A DNA stretch of 64,000 nucleotides, taken from positions 52,080,001 to 52,144,000 of the forward strand of contig CM060732.1 in NCBI GenBank assembly GCA_030704615.1, read 5' to 3'. The stretch is from Takakia lepidozioides. Taxonomy: Eukaryota > Plantae > Bryophyta. How positions within the stretch are numbered: the stretch's first letter is position 1; every line of letters begins with the position of its first letter. Below the pieces are notes generated by a model. The model searched no databases, was not told where the DNA came from, and worked only from the letters and a program-made list of their open reading frames with translations. Shown piece after piece: positions 50,520 to 64,000 of this stretch. The translations under genes were made by a program, and so were the position numbers.

Positions 50520-50729
50520 ACTGACCCAATTCGCTCTGGTGGTTTTGGACATGCTCGTATACCTTTCCTGTGCATGGAACTGAAACATTAGTGTGTGTGT
50601 GCGTGTGTAGGACAGACTCACATCTGCAGGTGTTTGCTGCTACGTTGGCCTTCGACATGGTAGATATGCTCACGAGAGACAGAGTGTGTACGGAGGGGGG
50701 GTGGGGGGACTGTCTACATATGAGGGCAG

Positions 50730-51034
50730 ATCGACTCCCCCTCAGTCTACGATGGCCTCATGGAGATGCCATGTTGAACGTGATGCAAGGCTTTAAGGAT
50801 TTATCTGGCTTGCCCTCAATACAGGGAGCCATTGATGTAACACAGATCCATATCCAAAAGCCGAAAGGCCAAGTTTTCGGAGGGGATTACTATTCATTCA
50901 GGTCAAATATCATACAGTATGCAATTTCAAGCAATTGTAGACCACATGAAGAGATTCATTCATGTGTTTGTGGGAATGCTTGGTCTTTAAACGATGCCCG
51001 AATCTTAAGAACATCAAAATCGCTATATCATTGA
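50730..51034 (+). pseudogene. PIF/Harbinger (HARBI1-like) DDE nuclease fragment
   Basis: LRWP...F..LSGLPSIQGAIDVTQIHIQKP, QAIVD, SLNDARIL. Confidence 0.85.
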
Positions 51035-51319
51035 AATGCGGAGGAAAGCTTAAGAGAAAATGGATCCAGAGATATAAACCAACGCTGATACGTATCAAAA
51101 ACAGAAGTGCAAAAACTTTGAAGACTCAAAAGAATCCTCCAGCACTGTGCCAAAGCTAAATTGGAAGATGAGGACACGTGAGAAAGATGTTTGTGTTGAG
51201 CAAAACTCACTAATATATATATGTATATATATATACTCTTCTCTGGACTGGTAAAGACTTTGCGGATGAGGAAAATAGAAAATGTTGCTATCGAGATAGA
51301 ACCGAATACAAAGTAAGAC

Positions 51320-51563
51320 GTTTGTTTTGTTTTGTAGCGTTGTTGAGATCTCCAAACCGCGGGGCCCCAACCCTGGTGCTTGGTGTTGTTGGAAAGCCCT
51401 CGATGAGGAGGGGTGCACCCGCTTTATCTCATGATTTTTTGATCTGTGGTGTAGGAGATGCGGAATTCCAAGTACACTTCGTCGCTGGAAATTCGCGAAA
51501 AATAGCAAAGTGGGCTTTCATGTAGCAATGATTGGCCCTTCATGTTGGAGATTTGGAATTTCA

Positions 51564-51596
<33 letters not shown>

Positions 51597-53420
51597 CTAA
51601 TAAATTTATCGGAAAGGGGACGAAGGCCCTTTTAATCAAATTAAATCAAAGGAGGTTACAAAATGGTGGAAAAAATAACCACCGAGAGGCCGTGAGGCTT
51701 ACTGATGGGGAACATCCCAGTCACCAAGCTAAGTGAGCTTCACACAGAACAGGGGAGAACCCAGCGTAGGGAGGCGGGGGTGGGGGGGAGGATTGCAAGG
51801 AGAGAGGGCTGGCTGACTACCCCAGGGCAGCCAAGTTGCAAAGCTAAGGAGAGATCTATGAGTAGTAGGAGCAGGAAAGAAGATGCTACGAGAAGGCAGG
51901 GGAAGATGTCATGTCAAAAAGTCAAGACCAAAGTGACTGAATCTGCAAGTGCATAATGGGCTGCAGATGAAGGTGAATCGATCCACAGCAGAAGATTACA
52001 GAACTAGCTAAACTGGAGCTTAGCCTTGAAACTAGTACCCTTGGAGCGAAGGTAACGCCAGTTTCGGTCTCCCTCTTCACCTCCAGCAGGGGTCTTGCCA
52101 TTGGTCGGGGACGGAGTCTTTCCATCGAACGTTGTCGAAAATACGGGTGCAGAGCAGGCCGCTCTTGCCCCACGTGAGGTCAAAGTCTTGGAGGAGCCGA
52201 GCGCCGACTTCTTCCGAGGATCTGGAAATAGCTGCACACAAGGCAACCCAGGCCTTTCTCCCCTCAGTCATCAGCTCAAAATAGATGTTAAAAAGAGTAG
52301 CTCTGATGCTGGGGGGTCTCCCTTGATAAATGAATTTGCACCTGGCTTTCCAGATATTCCAGAGAGAGTGGGCCCTTAGGCAAGTCCAAATTGGGCAAGC
52401 CATAGGCGGGTGCCTGGTTGGATATTCAACAGGAACAACGAAGGTGCAGGGGAAGGGGGGGAGATTAGCCCAGTTAGAGTAAAAGCGGGTGACCATCCCC
52501 CAAATTCTCTGGACCTGCGGACAAAGCACAAGACAATGTTCAATTGACTTCTGGTTTTGAGCACAAAGGGGACAATGTTGTGGGCCTTCCAAGGCATTCA
52601 CGTTAACAGGCAGGATTCTATGGGCCACTTTCCACATGAATGCCGAGATCATTGCCGCTCTGTTTTTTTTCTAGATGTCCTTCCAGATGCTGGTCCATGT
52701 AGTATTGTCCTCCAGCGCATGCCTCCATTTTTTCTTCCACTTGTAGGTGAAGGAGCATAGAGGGAGAGCAAGGAGTAGCCTTTTTTGACTGAGTAGGCGA
52801 AAAAATGAGATTTGGCCTTGTCCATCTAGGCCCACTCGGTTGCGGGAAATTTGGGGAAATTTGTGAAAAATAGCAAAGTGGGCTTCCTCACACAATGATT
52901 GGATATATCAATATATGAAGCCTCGATAGGAGATGCACTTGGATATATTGGAGATTGTACTTGGACTTAGATGACATTAGACACTTGGGCCAACGGCATA
53001 GGCTACCAACACAAAATTTCAAGCAAATTGCTGGAAATTTGTGAAAAATAGCAAAATGGACTTTCCTGGAACAATGACGTGGAGATCTCCCAAACTGAAG
53101 GGTCCCTGGATATATAAGGGATTGCACTTGGACTTAGATGACACTGGAAACTTGGGCCAACGGCATAGGCTACCCTAGTTAATATATGAAGTGAGGCAGT
53201 TGTTTTAATGTTTTGCGTCGTTGAGATCTCCCAAACCACGGGCCCCAACCCAGGTGCTTGGTGCCGTTGGAAAGCCCTCAATGAAGAAGGGTGCACCGGC
53301 TTGGTCTCATAATTTTTGAACCTGCGGTGTGGGAGATGTCGAATTTCAAATACTTTTGATCGCTGGAAATTCGCAAAAAGTAGCAACTTCGGGCTTTTCT
53401 GGGACAATGATTGGAGCCTC
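51320..53420. repeat. ~200-bp direct repeat units (51342-51518, 53220-53398) plus shorter GGAAATT..AAAATAGCAAA units
   Basis: Visible alignment between the two units; the LINE sits between them. Confidence 0.7.
51565..52780 (-). mobile_element. 5'-truncated L1-type LINE (zf-RVT domain, 3' UTR, polyA)
   Basis: AFMWKVAHRILP...CPLC...SIEHCLVLC....IW; LWNIWKARC; ~33-nt poly(T) on plus strand at 51565-51597. Confidence 0.88.
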
Positions 53421-56400
53421 GACATGTTATATATTGTCAATAATGATTGGATATATCACTACCCAATAAAATTCATGGAAAAAAATAAATTGGGTCGCGG
53501 GGTTCATGTACAAACCTTTTTTTAAAGTTGAGCAAATGTAAACTTGTGGGATACTTACAAATTTCCCTCATGTTTTTTCCATCCATGGAAGTCATCCATA
53601 CTGCATCAATGAGATAAAACTGCAGTTCCTTAGTTAGTTATCATTCATTCATTACCCATAAATTAATTTGCTCCCTCACATCTCGACCAGCTATGCCAAA
53701 CCTGAGAGGCTTCTTTACTCCTGCACCACCTCACCATGTATACCTGCTCACTTATACCCTCATCCGCCCCCTCTTCTTCGCCTACACAAAGTAAATCCGC
53801 TGATGGTGAAAACTTGGGAAGACAGGAAAGTAGGAACCCGCTCGTCCACATTCGCAATGGAAGCCTGGAATCGAAGATCTTGGGGTGCAAGTATAATGGG
53901 GTTACCCCAAGATGACTGTACTAACTCCCTTACAGTCAGCAGGGTCGCCAGGGAAAGCACATATCAAGAATGCGTTTGTGTTCAATTCAAACCTGAACTA
54001 CGTCTGGAGATTATCATTTTGGGTCATTTCATTGACAACACTCATTTGTCCCCAAAGGATTTCAACGACATCGAGACTGACAAGCTTTTTTCGAAACGGA
54101 ATCAGATCACTTGAAAACTGGATGAAGGGAAATGGGAGACATCCAATCACTCTAACAGCTTCAAATTTGGCGAACCCACATGACTACACCTCAAATCTAT
54201 GAACAAAACAGTTTAGCCACTGTCAAAATGACTCCAAAGAATTCACCATTCATATGTAGTCAATGCAACAAGGCCGTATATATCATATGTGGAAGGTACA
54301 TGCAATAATCATCAAAATATTGAGAGTGGGAGGTTTCAGAGAGAGGGAGAGAGAGAGAAGAGAGAGTGCTGCAGTTTGTGCTGCATTGATTTGTAGAGAG
54401 AGTGTCTTAAAGCCAAAGTTTGTAGTTCCGAGTATCCCCACTTATTAATTAGGAGTAGATAAAGTCTAAGTTGGTGCACACTCCAAATCCAAGCAGGGCC
54501 ACTTCAAATGATCCGGCCTGTGTTTATAAACCACTTCTTCCGTACAAAAATTCTGCAAACTCAGCAAATGTATATCTGTTGTGAGCTGTACATGGATATT
54601 CTCTGTACATTGTAGATGCCATTGAATGAGATGGACTCTGCGGATATCCTACAGCTAACTGCAATGCGTTGGAGATGCCTTTCAAGATGCGTACTGTACT
54701 GTGAGCTGCAGTGGCCTCACGTCGGTCTCGGGGCCCAAGAAGGGTAGGAACCCGAGGTAAAAGTAGAAGATCGTGGCGACGACGTACGGCCAGTCTGAAG
54801 GGACACCGACTCAATTGTGCACAGACACTTCACTGTAAGTTTGGCAGTGATCTGAAGATGGGTTTATTGGATGTGGGTTTAATCGATGAAGCCTGTTTTC
54901 ATTTCATCTCTCTCCCGCAAATTAAGACCAATTTCACTTTCGGAAATGGGCATACTAAAATGAAATGGGGTAAGTTATTTTCAGGCCTCAATTGTGTCCA
55001 GGTCTCCCGGCCTTTCAAAGAGAACAGAAAAGAAACCCCATATGTAAAGTTGATAATTAGCAATATATATTTTCATCATCTATTTGGAAGGAGAACCCAA
55101 ATGGATGAGTATTATCTGGTTAACCAAAGCGGGTGGGGGTAAGGTTGTAGGGAGTGGGGAGGGGGTGATCAGGAAGGATGGTCAGCCCTTCCGCTCTCTC
55201 CAAGAGATGGCTGTGTCGGTGTTCTCAGTCGGCATGGCCAGCTAGCTTTAGTTGTGGCGTCTGTAATTTGTGTTGCTCTTGGTTTGTGATACTGGAGCTC
55301 TTTCCATAGCTACCTCTGAGAGCTGGGAGATGGGAAAGTGGATGCGCAAGATCCGGGAGCCGATAAAGAAAATGTGGGGCGCCATCACGCTACGATTGAA
55401 GCCCCGTAGGAGGGTTACCAAACGTAGCTGCTTACGTTTCCCAACTTTCCATTCTCCTTCCAAAGGTTTGTTGTGAGGATTTCAACTCGAATGTCGTTGG
55501 GCGGAGTGTATTGTATTGTGAGATATCCAAACATCTAGGCCCCATGTGTTGTTAAGGATGTTGTCATGAATGTTTTGAACGCCCGTTGTTGAACGTTGGT
55601 GATGGAACTAAACGGAACGTTGTCGGGTTCATACCGATCAGGCGGAATGGGTTATTGTTACACCTTTTACATTCTCCCAATCGTCCGCTCTCTCCACGAA
55701 GGTTCAATCAATTCAAGTGTAAACATCTTCAACAACAGATCATGGGTCCTCTATATCTAAAAAATCTGGGAACATAACTGAACTTTGTTGCCGGAATGGG
55801 CGGAATAGTTTGCAGTTACAACCTTTGCCTCATTTCACTCTTTTCCTTCCTTTCCCAATCGTCCAGTCTCCGAGATCTGCCCGGAAGGTTTATCGAACTG
55901 AGGATTCTTCAAACTTGAACCTAATGAAATGTTGCGGGGAGACATGTGAATTGTCGAGCTAGATTTGGCAGATAGATATGAGACCCATGCTTTGAATTAG
56001 ATGTTTGCACTCAAATATAGTTCAACGTCCTGAGAATGGGCGGAATATTGGGACCTTACATTAATTCTACTTTTCCTTCTTTACGAATTGTCTGGTCTGC
56101 CAACTCTGTCAGCTGTCACCATATGTCAACTCTGTCGACTGTGCCAAGTCTGTCTGCTGTTGAGGATCTGTCAACTTCAACTCAACTTCAATTTAATGAG
56201 ACGTTGGGAAGAATTGGATTGTAGTGTGAGCTTTTGTAGATGTCGAAGCCCCATTTGTTGTTGGAGATGTTTCCTGCTCTGGGGTTACGATGTGTAAACT
56301 TAGTTCAAATCGTCGTAGCTGGCTGGACAGCCGAATGGGTAGTTACTGTTAATACACCCTTTGCATTTCATGCGATATGTGTCAATATCTAATAGACAGC

Positions 56401-58199
56401 TTCCTACTGGATTCTGTAGGGCTTGGCTTTAAGCATGATAATGTGTACAATGACGAACAGGCGCCATGCAATTACCATGAGGATATTGGTCCCTTGCTCT
56501 CGAAACTACATCCTCAAGCTGGCCACCTGCAGGCTTTGGATTCACATCTGCATGGGGTCTCTGAATGTTTTTTGGCAATTGGAGACGGCAGCGATGATCA
56601 GTTTCCTAACATGACAGACAATTGTTGGGCACATGTTATTACCAAGATTGCAATTGGTAGAGGTCATGGTAGTGTCTCAGATTCCACAGAAGCTTTGGAT
56701 GGAAGCCCTCGTGTCTCTGGATCAGCTAATGGAGATTGATCATATCAAACACATGGATAGACGCCATAAAGTTGTCATAAAGTTTTGAAGTACTTCGGCT
56801 ACTGGTTGTTGGGTAACTTCTTGAAATTCCGTTATAAGTTTGTAAGGAAACTAAAATATATCGAGCTTAACAGGTATCGTGTTGTGTGTGAGATAGCTCT
56901 TTTCCTTTGCTAGGTGAAATGCTGTCTCTCTTTTGGCTAGGCTTGTAGCAAGATGGATCAGGCTATTGGAACACAAAGACATGGTTAGAGTTTATACACA
57001 TGCATAGGAGAATAGACATGAGTTTCCAAACTATTGAAAATCCTAACTCCTTGTATGCACCTGTTAATTACCTAGCCTCTTACAATATATTGTGTGGCCC
57101 TTAAGTGGGTTCATTTGTATTCTGATCAGGACCTAGTGTGCAATTGGGACAAGCCTAGGTAAAATTCCTGAGGACTGTGACCAGTCACCTACGTAGAACA
57201 CCTAAGTGAGACAGAGGTCATGTGGGTTCTACTATAAATCTAGAACTCGATCTCAGCTGAAGATGTGAGTCTCTGAAGATCTAGAGTTGAATGTGGATTT
57301 TAGTATGATGGGGATATAACCATCAGAGATGTAGCAACCTAAACGTCATTAAATGATGAAGAATGTGCAGTCTATGAAGACTGTTGCCTACTAAGATTGG
57401 AACCCGAAGTGGAAACATTGGAGACGTTGGAAATACCTAGTAAGCAGTATCAGTAGCTAAAGCCCAACAAAATTGAAAGTTGGAGCCCCCTTGGTACCAA
57501 GCACAAAGGCGTTTTAAACAAAATTTCCACCATTATCTATTAGAACCAGGAAGAAGAGCTCCATCTATTATATGTAAGTTCTAAGAGCTTCCATGATTAG
57601 TGGGATCAGAAATTGAGTGTGGAATCTATTATAACCATGGAACACAAGTGAACAATGCACTGCATGGTTCTGAGAGAATGGTGGAGGGAACGAAAGATCA
57701 CCGAATGCGTAGTTGTAATCAAGAGAGAATTCCAATGATATATGGAAGAATAATATTTGAGATATAATATATTATTCACATTTAGATCCTCATCATTATT
57801 AAAACGTGAGGGGTTCGAGTGTTTCCCTCTAAAAATAAATGAAAATGAATTTGACATATATACTAGATAATTATTATATAATTGAAACATAGTAGCCACT
57901 CTTTTCATCATATGGACCCTTTGCTTGGCTGAATTCTCCATGTCTTCGCAGGTTACTCATAGGTTGTGTGAACACTCACAAATTATTTGGCAGTTGTAAA
58001 CTCAGAAACTCAGGTCCCCCAGATGTAATCATGTTCTGTTTTTTTTGTTCAAGAATTTGCAATCCACAGTTAAAGACAAAAATCAATTTGTAACATTGGT
58101 GATGAAAATTCTCGGTGTGGGTGATATAAGCCCTATATAAGCAGGTCACATCAAGCCAATTAAAAGTTGTATACACTTCCATTTCTAATTGCCAACTGC

Positions 58200-60898
<2,699 letters not shown>

Positions 60899-62238
60899 AT
60901 TTACTACACTCAGGTGCTACCTGTGTTGCGATACGAGCAACCAATGACACGGTCTGGTGAACAACACGCTGCGAAAGACCACAGCTAACTGAAAGGTAGA
61001 GACGCTTGCGCCGACTGGAGACAAAGAGATACTTCCCAGTCTGAGGCCCTGGAAGCCCAAGGTCTTCTCCATCCGTGTTTTAGGGAAGAGTTGGAAGACT
61101 AGGTCCTTCTCGATTACAGATTTCACTGCCCAAACCACAGAATGTCGCAATCAATTTGCGTGGGACCAACTCGCGAGACTTGTATCTTTCAGTCGACGAC
61201 TCTACCCAATCCCTGCACACAAAAACTGAATCGAACCTCTACAGTCGTGGGAAGAGCAAACATTCGTGACAAACATTAAGGGATATCATGCTCCCTGATT
61301 TCGTATAACACTTGTATGCTAACTCTTATTTCTCTCCCGTAGAATCCATGGTCCAAGACAGACCCAAAACCCATACATGTACCACCATTTTTTGAGTCCA
61401 GATGTTGTGCAGGCCTTGCTTCTCTCTTCGATACATGTGTCCTTCACTTACCTGCCGGATATTTTGTCATCCTCCCCACTCTGCGAATCAGGAGATGCAG
61501 CCAAAAGTGAGAGTGGGGCATGTTATCTTCCTCATTCTAATTTTTTTGGTCCTCATAGGAAGGTGCAGATGAATTAGGTCCAGTACCCCACCTACTGTAC
61601 CTTGTATATAATTCATGTTTGCAGTTTGGGGTCGTCGTGGCCCCTGCGTGCAGAGACTATGGGGACTTTCCTCCCCTCCTACCTACTTATTACTCAACCT
61701 CAGTTGGGGGAACTCTTAATGGTCAAACAAGGAGAGCAATAGGGATGCAGGAAAGGGTACAGTAGTGCAAAGCGAGGGATGAAGAGGTGTCTCAAGGCGC
61801 CAACTGTGGGCCAGCCTTCTAGAAGGCGAGCGCCGCTTGAAGGCTGGGCCCGCGGCCCGGGTATAGGGGAAGTCCTCGCTGTGGAACCATCAAGGACATA
61901 GCCCCGTTTTGGGCCTGGTGGGCATTTAAGATTTAAGGTTTAAGTATCCCAAATCTGTTCAGTCCGAGCAGTCAAGAAGGTCAAGGAAATCTAGACGACC
62001 GAAGCAGCCATTGATGGTGTTGCACCGTGCACGGTGGTTCTACAGAGAGGTGCAGTTGCGAGGGCTGGAGACACACATTGCCGGGCAAAGTTTGTGACCC
62101 ACAAGTTGAATGCTCACAGGACGAACCATAAACCAATTTACCAAGCATTTAAACTTCCAGATTATGTGAATCGTTTGACAGTTTCATAATTACCACAGGG
62201 CGAGTGACCGAGGGTTTATATTCCATGCATTTGTCTAA

Positions 62239-63581
62239 TTAGCTTGTGAGAAACACCTTTCCTCCTCGACCAACTTCCTCGGACTTTCTTATCGCAGTTT
62301 TGAAATCAGCAAGATCGAACTTTTCTCCTGCAATAGGCTGAATAATCTTAGCATCCAGGAGCTTGGAAACCTCATCAGCGAAGGCCTGACGCTTCGCATC
62401 AGTGTCACACTGAAGGAAGACATCCCATCCTGTCAGGTGAACTTGTCTGATCAGGTCTGGGATGCGAACTGTGGCATCTAAACCTGATAAAACTCCATAC
62501 ACGAAAACCTGACCTCCGGATCTCACACTTCCGCAAACCTCCTTGGTGAGCTCCCCGCCAACAGCATCCAGAGCTCCATACGCCAGCTTGTTTCCAGTGA
62601 TCTCCTTCACCCTTGCTACTACGTCTTCATTATTTGAGTTTATGACCTCATCAGCACCCAAAGCCCGGAGCTCCTCCGTTTGTTCGCTGCGGCGAACGAT
62701 GTTGATTGTCTTGATGCCCCAGTGCTTGGCCAGTTGTATCACCTGTCTACCAAGTACTGAGCCAGCAGCAGTTTGCAGTACATATTCCCCTTTAGGAACA
62801 GCAAGATCGTGCAACATTCCATAGACCGTCCACGGATTGATTACAAACTGGGCAGCCGTCTCATCTGAGATGGAGTCTGGGACCGGCCATACCATCTCCT
62901 GTCTCAGAGAAACGTACTCCTGCCATGATCCCTCTCCGTTCCTCGTGGATTCCCAGTACGTTAAGGGCACCACTCTTTGCCCGGGCTTCACCTTCGTCAC
63001 TCCTTTATTCAACCAGAAGAGAACTTTAATGTCGCCATGCCTACGCTACTGAAGAATTTGTATTCATTGCTATCTAAGAAAAGAACGAGATGTCACATTG
63101 ATGACCCCAACTGCAGTGTACACAGTTGCCGATATAATACCATGATTTCAGAGCAACTATACTCTGGTTTGTTAAAGCTGGACCTCTTCAAGTAGAGGGG
63201 ATGTAGTAGCTCGAGAACACCCAGAAGGAGAGCTCACTTGACACATTCAAAATGGCTTCATTGGGATGGAACTAGTCAAAGGAAGTGCACGCGCCTTGAC
63301 GTATATACTTGATGTAGTAGTACATGCATTTCATTTAGAGACATTATGCTTACCGCATGGACAATGCCGAAGCCTTCAGAGCCTGGAGTCGGGGGCTCAT
63401 TAAACGTTGGACTGAATTTCCCTGCATATCGCCCTGACCGGAGGGTCATAAGGTCTGTGGGATTGATGGGGCGCAATGTGATATGCACCACCACCTGCCC
63501 TGGCTCGACCTGGGGCAACATCTTTGTGACTAATTTCAGATCACTCTCATTGAAGCTTTCCTGTACAATTGCCCTGGACAT
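62239..63581 (-). CDS. Zinc-independent MDR oxidoreductase (trans-2-enoyl-CoA reductase / quinone oxidoreductase-like); exons 63581-63354 and ~63012-62239
   Basis: RPINPTD, PGSEGFG, GSWQEYV, INPWT, LQTAAGSVLG, DAVGG, GGKVFL. Clean donor at 63353; no obvious in-frame acceptor. Confidence 0.8.
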
Positions 63582-64000
63582 CTTGTCTTCTTTCTTGAGA
63601 ATCAAACCTGCTCTGCAGATCAAGGGACCCGGAATGCACAGACTAGATGTTGCCAAGGAATCTCCCAAACTAATGTACAGCTCTTATATATTCAGCAGCG
63701 AGTTGCTTGCTGCACAATTGTTGGTTCCTTGCGTTTTGGCCCTGATGGAAGGGATGTGGAACAGGAGAGCATTCCAACATCAAAACCCAGATGCTGTAAG
63801 GATGATCAGCAGTCAATTCGCACATTTTACACACAACAAGTTTATAGTAACAAGTGCTGGCGCAGGATAGCATGCGAAAGCCACGCACGAGCCGTGCCCG
63901 GCTCTTCTTCGCAAGCTCCATGTCGACAGCCCCTAAACTTCCTGGCACACTCCGCAGAAGGAACCGGGTACATTCCGGAATAATATGTTGAGCCCGGGCT

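Overview
AT-rich, intron-containing eukaryotic DNA. Gene and TE content suggests a non-seed land plant, probably a moss (inference). About 70% is transposon-derived. Host genes: a shattered PIGN (GPI ethanolamine-phosphate transferase 1) pseudogene, an intact 2-exon MBOAT wax-ester-synthase-like gene, an intact 6-exon NADPH 2-alkenal/double-bond reductase, and a second MDR oxidoreductase with a doubtful splice acceptor. The most striking element is a Ty3/Gypsy retrotransposon family present in two copies (6204-17541, minus, near-complete with a 4-bp TSD; 26324-36247, plus, 5'-truncated). Its pol runs protease - C5 cytosine DNA methyltransferase - RT - RNase H - DDE integrase - PHD finger. Its ends are not two ordinary LTRs but split direct repeats (sense: B...PPT-A-nn-B-A), the integration ends are abutted inside the element as a CA-nn-TG junction, and the PBS is complementary to the element's own repeat rather than to a tRNA. 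This suggests a self-primed retroelement whose DDE integrase inserts a circular intermediate. The window also holds three divergent piggyBac elements sharing an unannotated upstream ORF, a cargo-carrying CACTA inserted in the methyltransferase catalytic motif, a ~12.4-kb inversion splitting a piggyBac codon, Harbinger and LINE fragments and tRNA-type SINEs.
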